Shown: positions 27,425 to 35,529 of the stretch, piece after piece
How the letters are laid out: every line of letters starts with the position of its first letter
How positions within the stretch are numbered: the stretch's first letter is position 1
Origin: an uncultured Gammaproteobacteria bacterium
Lineage (GTDB): Bacteria; Pseudomonadota; Gammaproteobacteria; Steroidobacterales; Rariloculaceae
DNA: 64,000 bases
Direction of reading: 5' to 3'
Assembly (NCBI GenBank): GCA_964553875.1
Contig: CAZKNH010000005.1
Coordinates: 1,762 to 65,761 of the forward strand
Translations under genes and position numbers: made by a program
The notes under the pieces: generated by a model
What the model saw: the letters and a program-made list of their open reading frames with translations, nothing else
What the model was told of the DNA's origin: nothing
Databases searched by the model: none

Positions 27425-28744
27425 ATGACGCCATATCTGTTTCTGCTCGGCTTTGCCGTGGGGACGGTGCTGACGATCGTCCGCCATCCCGTTTGGGGCC
27501 TCTATACCTACCTTTTCACCTTTTATATGGCGCCGGCCTACACGTGGTGGCGCAACGACGTGCCGGATATCCGGTATCTCGCGATCATCGGCGCGATCAC
27601 GCTGATCGCGACGCTGCGCCTGCCGCCCGATCCCAACCGCCCCAAGTGGCATCAGACGACCATTGCCAAGCTCTACCTCGCTTTCGTCGCCTACTGTTGG
27701 CTGCAGATGCTCTGGGCCGTGGACAAGGATTGGCAGCTCGAAGGCGCCGCCATGTTCACGAAGCACGCCGTGGCCTTCTACCTGTTCTACCGGCTCGCAG
27801 ACTCGCTCGATCGGCTGCTTACGATCGCTCTAATACACGTCATCGGCTGTGCGTGGTTCGGCTATCAGGCGCTCGGCGCCGGATCCGGCCGGCTCGAGCA
27901 GATCGGCGGGGCGGTCGCCGGCGCCAACGAGCTCGGCATGCACCTCGCGACGGGGCTCCTGTTCGGCGGGATCATGCTGTTCGCGGTCCGCGGCGTGCGG
28001 CGGATCTTCACGTTCGGCTGTCTGCCGCTGATCGCGAACTGCCTCGTGCTCACCGTCAGCCGCGGAGCGTTCCTCGGCCTCGTCGTTGGCGGGGCAGCCG
28101 GCTATCTCGCGGTCCCGAAGAACTTGAAGAAGATTTACATCGGCTGCGCGATGCTCGGCGTCGTGCTGTTCGGCATGCTCGCTCACAATGCGCTGATCGA
28201 GCGCTTCACCGCCACGTACGCGGCATTCACGGGCGAAACGGATCTCGACAGCAGCGCGGTCAAGCGCATCGACGTCGCGAAGGCCGGAATCCGCATCGGC
28301 CTGGACTACCCGTTCGGTGCCGGATACCGCGGGACCGGCGTGCTGAGCCCGCAGTACATGGACGAGAGCCTGCTCGGCGTAACGGGCGTGCGCACGGCGC
28401 ACAACAGCTCCGCCGCGCTGTTCGCCGAGCAAGGCTTCATCGGTCTCGGACTGTACTACCTGATGATTCTCTGGGTGCTGCGGACGATGAGGCGAATGCG
28501 GGCGTTGAGCGAGCTCGGGACGCCTCGAGAGTATCAGCTGTGCATGGCGTTTCTCGGCGCGTCGCTGCTCTCGACCTATGCGGCGGGGAACTTCTCCAAC
28601 AACGTCGGCACGGAGACTCAATACTGGTGTCTCGGGCTGCTCGCGGCGGCGTTCGAGCTGCAGAAGGCTCACCTGCGCAGCAAGGTCACCGCGCCGGCCG
28701 AGCAGCAGGTGATGCCTCACACCGGCGTGACGGCTCGAACCTGA
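27425..28744 (+). CDS. O-antigen ligase/polymerase-like (Wzy_C) polytopic membrane protein (exosortase-A-associated O-glycosylation-ligase type)
   Basis: 439 aa with about 10 hydrophobic spans, the LVLTVSRGAFLGLVVG motif and a periplasmic loop bearing AHNSSAALFAEQG. Confidence 0.7.
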   Translation: MTPYLFLLGFAVGTVLTIVRHPVWGLYTYLFTFYMAPAYTWWRNDVPDIRYLAIIGAITLIATLRLPPDPNRPKWHQTTIAKLYLAFVAYCWLQMLWAVDKDWQLEGAAMFTKHAVAFYLFYRLADSLDRLLTIALIHVIGCAWFGYQALGAGSGRLEQIGGAVAGANELGMHLATGLLFGGIMLFAVRGVRRIFTFGCLPLIANCLVLTVSRGAFLGLVVGGAAGYLAVPKNLKKIYIGCAMLGVVLFGMLAHNALIERFTATYAAFTGETDLDSSAVKRIDVAKAGIRIGLDYPFGAGYRGTGVLSPQYMDESLLGVTGVRTAHNSSAALFAEQGFIGLGLYYLMILWVLRTMRRMRALSELGTPREYQLCMAFLGASLLSTYAAGNFSNNVGTETQYWCLGLLAAAFELQKAHLRSKVTAPAEQQVMPHTGVTART

Positions 28745-28775
28745 GGCGTCACGTCCGCCGGTCGGCACCACCCGC

Positions 28776-29579
28776 ATGACGCACCGTCGCTCGCTCCTCT
28801 TGAAGGCCCTGGGTGCCGCGGCGCTCATCGCGTGCGCCGCGCTCGGGCTTGCCGTTTCGAGCTCGGCACCGCGGCCGTTCCACGCCGACTTCGAAGACGT
28901 CGCGCTCGCCGCGTCGGACTGGCAGATCGACGCACATCCGCGCTGCGCGCTCGCTGTCTCGTCCGCGCAAGCGCGAACGGGCGCGTCGTCGCTCAGGATC
29001 GAAGCGCCCAAGGGTCTGCGGTGCGAGGTCGTTCCGCGGATCGTCCGGCCGTATCTGGAAAAGCTCGTTCGCGAGCCGTTCGGCCGCGAGCGCTGGTACC
29101 GGTTCAGCGTGCTGATCGAGACGCGAGGCGATACGGGGGAAAGCCCCGAGGCGCTCACCGACAATACGGTCGTCGCGCAGTGGCACTCCTCACCCGATCC
29201 GCTCCTCTCCCGCGAAAGAGGGCGCGGCCCATCGCTCGCGCTGCGCCTCCACGGCGAGCGGTGGGCCATCACCTACGGCTGGGACACGACCTTCACGTCG
29301 CGCAACCCGAGCAGCGACTGGCACTGGGCCGGCGCGGTCACCCCGGGTCGCTGGACCGACTGGGAGTTCCGCGTGCGCTGGTCGTACGGTGCCGACGGCC
29401 TCACCGAGGTCTGGCGCGACGGCGAGCTCGTCTTCCGCCGCGAAGGTCCGAACACCTACAAGGACCTTCGCGGCGTCTATCTGAAGCTCGGCCTGTATCA
29501 CCCGACCGACGATACCGTCGCGTTTTTCGACCGTGTTTCCCTGACCGATCAGCGCGTCGCGGAGACCGAGCCTAATTGA
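28776..29579 (+). CDS. secreted polysaccharide lyase-like protein (jelly-roll, heparin-lyase-I/glucuronan-lyase superfamily)
   Basis: 267 aa. Tat-like N-terminus THRRSLLLKALGAAAL. VAQWHSSPD...WTDWEFRVRWS...EVWRDGELV...GVYLKLGLYHP follows the pattern of the Polysacc_lyase family. Confidence 0.55.
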   Translation: MTHRRSLLLKALGAAALIACAALGLAVSSSAPRPFHADFEDVALAASDWQIDAHPRCALAVSSAQARTGASSLRIEAPKGLRCEVVPRIVRPYLEKLVREPFGRERWYRFSVLIETRGDTGESPEALTDNTVVAQWHSSPDPLLSRERGRGPSLALRLHGERWAITYGWDTTFTSRNPSSDWHWAGAVTPGRWTDWEFRVRWSYGADGLTEVWRDGELVFRREGPNTYKDLRGVYLKLGLYHPTDDTVAFFDRVSLTDQRVAETEPN

Positions 29580-31041
29580 CCGAGAGCACCGGCGGATTCG
29601 GGGGCGCTAACGCCGGCCCTCCGGTCGAATACTCGTACGCGCCCGCGTCGGGCGTGCCCGAGCGCGGATTTCCGTCACGATCCACGGTGACGCCGGAGAT
29701 CGTCGTGCCCCGGTCTATCAGCGACGAGCCGGCCTTGAGCCTGTAGTCGTGCTGTGCGGCCGCGACGAAGTCGCTCGCGGACGCCACGACATTCGTCGCG
29801 TGCGATGCCTCGGTCGGCTTCGAGCCGACGAACGCGTTGTTGCGCCAGTCCCAGGTCCCCGTGCCGCTGCTCGATCCGGCGTTGTGCAGAATCCGGTTGA
29901 TGCCGTTGCCGAACGTGCTGTTGTAGACCTTCAGATTCTGCACGCCGTCTTCGGCCCGTATCGCCGTGCCGACGTTGTAGATCACGGCGTTCCGGATGGT
30001 CGTGTTCGCGTTGCCGAGCGAGCCGCGCACGCGGAAGGCGATCTCCGAGTCGTACACGGTGACCCGATCGAGAACGGCATTGATCTTCTCCTTCAGGTTG
30101 AAGACCGCCCTGTTGCTGATCTGCGGCACGGCCGTCCAACCGTAAGCCGTCACGTTGACCAGCGTGATGTTCATCCGAATCTCGTTCTCGTAGCCCGACT
30201 GCAGCACCTTCGTGTCGATCGCGTTCTCGCCCGGAGAATCGCCCGCACGCCAGCCGGAGTTGAAGTTCTCCTGGAGCGGCCCCGTCCACAGCACCGAATC
30301 CTCGATCCGAATATTGTTCGAGATGCTCCCGGGCACTCGATTCGGATCGACCTGCAAGGAGTCGCCCGACACGTGATGGATATTCGCCCTGCGGATCGTG
30401 AGCCCGTCGGTATTGCTTACGGCGATGCCGTGCGAGTCGTCCTCGCTGCCGAAGGAGCCGTTCAGGAAGTGATGAATTTCCACGTTCTCGATGAGCAGCC
30501 CGTCCGCCCCGTCGATGTCGATGCCGTCGCGGATACCGTTGCGCACCTCGACGTTGCGAATGATGCTGTTGCGCGAACCGCGAATTCTGATCGCGTCGGA
30601 CGCGCTCTTCTGATGGTCGACCAGCAAATTTTCGACCACGATATAGTCGCCGCGCAGAACGATCTCGAAGAGCACCGGATCGGAACCGGTATCCCATGCA
30701 CCGATCGTGATCGGGCGCCCGCTTGCGCCGCTCCTCTGCACATCGAGCGTGCCGCTGAAACTCTGGCCTCGTCGAAACAGCACCGAGTCGCCTGGACCGA
30801 GCGGCAGCGAGTTCACCTTCGCCACAGAGCGCAGCGCGGCGTTCGTCGCGAGTCCGGAATTCGAATCGTTTCCGCTTGCGCTATCGACGTAGTACACGGC
30901 TGCCGTGGCCGGCGCCTGCCACGCGAACATGACCGCAAGCGAAAGTGCTGCCAGGCGTACGACATTACGAGACGGTCCCCTCACTGTCCCTCTCCACGTC
31001 TCCGATGGTGCTCGGATGGTACGGCCGGGACCGAACGACAT
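29572..31041 (-). CDS. secreted right-handed parallel beta-helix repeat protein (lyase/epimerase/hydrolase class undetermined)
   Basis: 489 aa. YYVDSASGNDSNSG, then repeated N-I/V-x-I/V coils (IIRNVEVRNGIRDGIDIDGADGLLIENVEIHH...TIRRANIHH). Its stop overlaps the convergent lyase stop by 8 nt. Confidence 0.65.
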   Translation of the reverse strand: MSFGPGRTIRAPSETWRGTVRGPSRNVVRLAALSLAVMFAWQAPATAAVYYVDSASGNDSNSGLATNAALRSVAKVNSLPLGPGDSVLFRRGQSFSGTLDVQRSGASGRPITIGAWDTGSDPVLFEIVLRGDYIVVENLLVDHQKSASDAIRIRGSRNSIIRNVEVRNGIRDGIDIDGADGLLIENVEIHHFLNGSFGSEDDSHGIAVSNTDGLTIRRANIHHVSGDSLQVDPNRVPGSISNNIRIEDSVLWTGPLQENFNSGWRAGDSPGENAIDTKVLQSGYENEIRMNITLVNVTAYGWTAVPQISNRAVFNLKEKINAVLDRVTVYDSEIAFRVRGSLGNANTTIRNAVIYNVGTAIRAEDGVQNLKVYNSTFGNGINRILHNAGSSSGTGTWDWRNNAFVGSKPTEASHATNVVASASDFVAAAQHDYRLKAGSSLIDRGTTISGVTVDRDGNPRSGTPDAGAYEYSTGGPALAPPNPPVLSVN

Positions 31042-31124
31042 ACCAAGTGTCGCTGAATCGATACGTGACGACGATCGAGCAATAGAGCCGAGAACGTTAC
31101 TTCCTGCAGCGCGAACGACTCAAT

Positions 31125-31140
31125 CGTGAGCCTGCTCACA
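31125..31140. promoter_or_regulatory. CRP/Clp-family-like palindrome CGTGA-N6-TCACA (9/10)
   Basis: cgtgagcctgctcaca, in the divergent intergenic region between the beta-helix gene (start 31041) and the transglutaminase-like gene (ATG 31342). Confidence 0.25.
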
Positions 31141-31341
31141 TGCGTCGACTTGCGCAATGCCGACCATAGGGAGGGTACAGCGGCGGCGGCCGCAATCGAG
31201 CCGGTACGCGCCCGCGGTGCTCCGCCGCGTGGAGCAAGACATAATCTGCTCCGGGAACCGGACACATTTCGTGGCTGAGGTAGGCTCCACGGTTTATACT
31301 TGCCGCTAGCACCGCGCCCCGGTGCTCGTTCAAGGCAGGAT

Positions 31342-32178
31342 ATGCTCGCGCATCGCTTCACTGCAGTTCTCGCTGCCGCCTCAGCTGCGATAGGAGCGAT
31401 CCTGCTCCTCGTCAACCTGTCGGGCTTTTTCGTGCCCTTGCGCTCGCCGGACGTCGACGGCTATCGAGACTTTGCCGGCGTCGAAACGCTGGAATACGGG
31501 GAAGCGATTCGCCGCCTCGACGAGATCGTCGAACGCAAGCCGTCCGCCGAGGAGCTCGTCTACGAGGCCACCCGCGTCTTCCACGAGGGCATCGCCCACA
31601 TCGCACCCGCGGACGTCGCGAAGAACGGGCTCGAGCACTACCGGATGCGCGTGCCCGCATCGGAAAACTGGATCCTGTTCGCGCTGAGCTACCTGAAGCC
31701 CGACACCTATCGCGACTACGAGTTCTGCGACTATCGGCGTGCGCTCGAGCGCGGCACCGGACGGTGCGGACAGCAGTCGCTCGCGCTCGTGTCGTTTCTT
31801 TCGAAGCTCGGGATCGAAACTGGCTTCGTGGCGCTCGGCGGCCATGCCATCGCGACGGCGAACGTCGGCGACGACAAGTGGTATCTGCTCGACCCCGACT
31901 ACGGCGGCGTGATCCCGTTCGATATCACGGTAGCGGAGCGTGACCCTGAGTCGGTGCTCCCCTACTACTGGAGCCCGGCCGCCCGCGTGAACGGCCTGCA
32001 CAAGGCGTACGAGCCCGAGAATCGAGTACGGTACGGCGGACCGGAGGCGCGCTACGCGCGCGCGTGCCCGATCGAGCAGGCCGCGTACGCGTTGAAGTGG
32101 ACCGTGCCGGCCCTGCTCCTGTTGCCCTTTCCGTTGCTGATCATGTATCGGCGGATCGCAAGCCGTCGCGGGATCTGA
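31342..32178 (+). CDS. membrane-bracketed transglutaminase-like (Cys-His-Asp) protein
   Basis: ATG at 31342 preceded by AGGCAGGA. N-terminal TM AVLAAASAAIGAILLLVNL. GRCGQQSLALVSFLSKLGI ... GGHAIATANV ... WYLLDPDYG fits a C/H/D triad arrangement. C-terminal TM plus basic tail LLLLPFPLLIMYRRIASRRGI. Confidence 0.55.
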   Translation: MLAHRFTAVLAAASAAIGAILLLVNLSGFFVPLRSPDVDGYRDFAGVETLEYGEAIRRLDEIVERKPSAEELVYEATRVFHEGIAHIAPADVAKNGLEHYRMRVPASENWILFALSYLKPDTYRDYEFCDYRRALERGTGRCGQQSLALVSFLSKLGIETGFVALGGHAIATANVGDDKWYLLDPDYGGVIPFDITVAERDPESVLPYYWSPAARVNGLHKAYEPENRVRYGGPEARYARACPIEQAAYALKWTVPALLLLPFPLLIMYRRIASRRGI

Positions 32179-32210
32179 CGGCGGCTCGGCCGAATCCCGG
32201 TGCGCTCGCC

Positions 32211-33170
32211 GTGAAAACCGCTCTCGCAGGTCAACTTCTGACCGCGCTCAGTCCCGCCGGGAAACGGGCGAGGCTGATGATTTTCACGTACCACCGCGTG
32301 CTCGCGCATCCGGACCCGCTGGTCCCGGCCGGCCCGACGCTCGAACGTTTCAAGCGGCAGCTCGGCTGGATCAAGAAGTACTGCACGCCGATCGCACTCT
32401 CGGAGGGCATCGAACGACTCGTCCGAGGAGACTTGCCTCCCCGTGCCGTCGCGGTGACGTTCGACGACGGCTACGAGAACAACCTCACGGTGGCGGCGCC
32501 CGCGCTGCGCGAGCACGGAATTCCTGCGACGCTTTTCGTCGCGGTCGACGCCGTCGAGCGCGGCATCATGTGGAACGATATCCTTCTCGAAGCCGTCCGC
32601 GCCGCTTCCGAATCGATCGACGGGCGCCCTGCAGGTCTCGGCGTCCTCCGCGTCGACGACGGCAACAGGGTGAAGGTCCTGAACGCGTTGACCGCCGCAG
32701 TGAAATACCGGCCCGTGAAGGAGCGACTGGACATCGTTCAGGAGATCTACGCGTCCGTCTCGACGGTGCCCATAGCCCGTCAGATGCTGCTGCCGGAGCA
32801 GCTCAAGGAGCTTCCGGCGTTCGGCTTCGAGATCGGCGCGCACACCGTCAATCATCCGATCCTGCGAATACTCAGCGACTCCGAGGCGCAGCAGGAAATC
32901 GACGACAGCCGCGCCTGGATCGAGGCGGTGACCGGAACGAGGCCCACGCTCTTCGCGTACCCCAACGGTAAACGAGGCGACGACTACGACGCCCGACATC
33001 CGGAAATGCTGCGAGAGCTCGGATTCCGTGCCGCCGTCTCCACGAACTGGGGATGCGCGAGCCGAAAGTCGCCGCTTTTCGAGCTGCCCCGATTCAAACC
33101 ATGGGAGGATACCGATTTCGGGTTCGTGACCCGTATGTGCAAAGTGGTAACGCAGTCGTACCTGCAATGA
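32211..33170 (+). CDS. polysaccharide deacetylase (NodB-homology / CE4) family protein
   Basis: GTG at 32211 (alternative ATG at 32277). Has MIFTYHRV, VTFDDGYENN and GAHTVNHPIL motifs. Confidence 0.75.
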   Translation: MKTALAGQLLTALSPAGKRARLMIFTYHRVLAHPDPLVPAGPTLERFKRQLGWIKKYCTPIALSEGIERLVRGDLPPRAVAVTFDDGYENNLTVAAPALREHGIPATLFVAVDAVERGIMWNDILLEAVRAASESIDGRPAGLGVLRVDDGNRVKVLNALTAAVKYRPVKERLDIVQEIYASVSTVPIARQMLLPEQLKELPAFGFEIGAHTVNHPILRILSDSEAQQEIDDSRAWIEAVTGTRPTLFAYPNGKRGDDYDARHPEMLRELGFRAAVSTNWGCASRKSPLFELPRFKPWEDTDFGFVTRMCKVVTQSYLQ

Positions 33171-33333
33171 GCCGAGGCGCCGCCGTGCGCTCGCCGGCCC
33201 GTTCGCGCGGGCGATACTCTCGAGCTTGCCGACGCATCGGGCAGGCGTGCGGAGTCGTCGAAGGCAGGAAACGGCATGCGGAGACCTCGACCCCGGAGCC
33301 CGGTATGTCACGCAGCGAAGAAGCATCGCGGCG

Positions 33334-33349
33334 TGTGACTCGTTTCACA
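33334..33349. promoter_or_regulatory. perfect CRP/Clp/Vfr-type consensus palindrome TGTGA-N6-TCACA
   Basis: tgtgactcgtttcaca read directly, 154 nt upstream of the ATG at 33503, in a 332-nt intergenic region. Confidence 0.35.
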
Positions 33350-33502
33350 GACACTGAAAGCTCGGGCAAGTCGCGGCCTAGCGACAGAATGACACCGTTC
33401 GAGAAGCGTCACTACACTCGAAAAGGTCGCAGGCTTTTACCCACGCCGGCGCTAAAAATGCGGGAAATATGGTAATCCTCCGGGGCAAATGGGATCGAAC
33501 AG

Positions 33503-34369
33503 ATGACAAAGCTTAAAGCTCTTTGCTACCTCTTCATTGCAGGCATTCTCGGGCCGGCATGCGCAAACGCCGACGATTACTTCAACTGGCTGAAGGCGCG
33601 GTCCGAGACGATTCTCGCTCGCGGCTACCAATCGCAAGCCGAGATCGATGCCGACATCAACGCGTCCAATCCGTCGAACCGGGTCCGACCGCCCGTCTAC
33701 GACTCGACCGTGAAAGGCGCGCGTTGGACGATTCCGGCCGGGCAGGCGAGCGTCGCTATCCAGGACCAGCTGCGCCCGCACTTCGGCACGGTATCGAGCG
33801 GCAACTTGTTGCTGGTGTGGGAAGCGCGGTGGGATTCCGCGTTCGCGGGCAACCTCGGCGGGCTCGAGACGCACAAGGCATTCCAGCTGGCATCCGGCAA
33901 TTCCGGAGACCAGCGTCGCATCGAGATTCGCACGCGATTCAGCCTCGCGCCGAGCAACGCCGTGGCGATGGTCGACGCCCGCGGGTACGTCTGGAATCCG
34001 TCGGGTCAGCCGCTCGCCGGCCAGACGGGCAGCTTCACGATCAGGCCCAACAAGTGGACCCGCTTCTGGGCGTTCCTCGACTTCAACGCGAGAACCTTCT
34101 CGCTGTGGGTCGCGGACGAGGACACGAAGCCGGTGCGGCTCTTCAACAAGCTGCAGTACTCGAACATGAGCGGCGGCCTCGATCACTTCTGGTTCGAGTT
34201 CAACTCGAGCCAGGAGAGGGGCGGCGGCAGCGCGTTGACGGTCTGGGGACGGAATTTCGCCGCGCTGCGCAACGTCTCCGACGTCGAATCGATCGTCAAC
34301 CGGGGCGCCGTCGAGCCGGGCGAGGAAGAGGTGCTGCCGCGTCCGCCGGCCAACCTCTCGGTGCAGTAA
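33503..34369 (+). CDS. secreted hypothetical protein
   Basis: 288 aa. Signal-like MTKLKALCYLFIAGILGPACANA. I recognise no family; beta-rich composition. A terminator-like hairpin follows. Confidence 0.6.
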   Translation: MTKLKALCYLFIAGILGPACANADDYFNWLKARSETILARGYQSQAEIDADINASNPSNRVRPPVYDSTVKGARWTIPAGQASVAIQDQLRPHFGTVSSGNLLLVWEARWDSAFAGNLGGLETHKAFQLASGNSGDQRRIEIRTRFSLAPSNAVAMVDARGYVWNPSGQPLAGQTGSFTIRPNKWTRFWAFLDFNARTFSLWVADEDTKPVRLFNKLQYSNMSGGLDHFWFEFNSSQERGGGSALTVWGRNFAALRNVSDVESIVNRGAVEPGEEEVLPRPPANLSVQ

Positions 34370-34396
34370 GCGCATTCTTCCGCGTTACGTCGTGTT

Positions 34397-34420
34397 CCGG
34401 CCTCGATGATTCGAGGCCGG
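34397..34420 (+). terminator. hairpin terminator candidate
   Basis: ccggcctcga-tgat-tcgaggccgg: perfect 10-bp stem, 28 nt after the stop at 34369. Confidence 0.5.
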
Positions 34421-34712
34421 TCCGGCCCGGGGGGACGACGCCCCGCTCCCGATCGCTCATGGTGGGGGGTGTCGTCACCGGGTCTCGCCGGGAAGCGTCA
34501 TAACCAGTGACCCGGCGCTCACCGCCTTCGCGCACCGTCGCGCGAATCACTCAGATCAGCGCGCTTTGCCGAGACGGCCGCTCCAATAGCGGCTTCGCTC
34601 GGCCTTCGTCTGGAAACGCAGAGGCGCCCGCCGCGGCAGAATGAGACCCGCATCTCCTCCGGAACGGGCGGGTTCTGTATAGTCTCTGCCAGTCTCAACA
34701 CTCCAGCGCGCG

Positions 34713-35492
34713 ATGATCATCAGCCACAAGCACCGCTTCGTCTTCGTGGAGGTGCCGCACACTGCGTCTCATTCGATCGCCGAGCAACTGATCAAGCACT
34801 ATGGCGGTCAACCGATTCTCCGCAAGCATTCGAATATCACGCAGTTCCTCGGCCAGGCGAGCCCGGAGGAGCGCCGCTACTTCAAGTTCGCGACCGTCCG
34901 GAATCCGCTCGACACCGCTACGACCGATTACGCGAAGCTCGCCGGCAACCATCGCGGGCAATTCACGAATCCGGCCATGCTGATCGAGAACGGCGGGCAC
35001 GTGACGAAGGACCATCTGCGCGAGTTCAACTTCATCCGTGACCACAACGCCGATTTCCCGACCTTCTTCAAGAAGTTTCGCAACAAGCTGTACAACAACT
35101 GGTTCCTCATCGGCGATCGACACTATCAGCAGATCATCCGATTCGAGCAGCTGCAGGAAGACTTCTCGAGCGTGCTCGAGAACATCGGGATCGAGCAGGT
35201 CGAGCCGATTCCGCACGTGAATCGCACGGTCGCGAAGCGGAAGCACTACACGGAGTTCTATACGCCGGACACGTACGCGCAGGCGGCACGCTGCTACGGC
35301 CCGTTCATGAAGAAGTGGCGATACGAGTTTCCCGCAGAGTGGGGACCGATCGAAGTGCCGAGGTCGAGCGAGCTCCAGTTCAAGCTGATCGACGGCTGCG
35401 CGCAGGCCCTCGCGAGCCGCTTCACGCTCGATCCGGACAACCCCGCTCTGCACCGGATCAAGAAGTTCGTCGACACGCTCACGCGGGGATAG
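34713..35492 (+). CDS. sulfotransferase (family-2-like)
   Basis: 259 aa. FVFVEVPHTASHSI (5'-PSB-like loop) and FATVRNPLD (3'-PB-like RNP motif). Noticeably lower G+C than its neighbours in the stretches I counted. Confidence 0.65.
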   Translation: MIISHKHRFVFVEVPHTASHSIAEQLIKHYGGQPILRKHSNITQFLGQASPEERRYFKFATVRNPLDTATTDYAKLAGNHRGQFTNPAMLIENGGHVTKDHLREFNFIRDHNADFPTFFKKFRNKLYNNWFLIGDRHYQQIIRFEQLQEDFSSVLENIGIEQVEPIPHVNRTVAKRKHYTEFYTPDTYAQAARCYGPFMKKWRYEFPAEWGPIEVPRSSELQFKLIDGCAQALASRFTLDPDNPALHRIKKFVDTLTRG

Positions 35493-35529
35493 AATCAGAC
35501 ACGGTCGGACGAGCCGCTACGGTCGAACC

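Noticed and set aside
27425-28744. Polytopic membrane protein considered as the missing exosortase
   Set aside because: The LVLTVSRGAFLGL motif and overall layout fit the O-antigen ligase/Wzy_C family, not exosortases.
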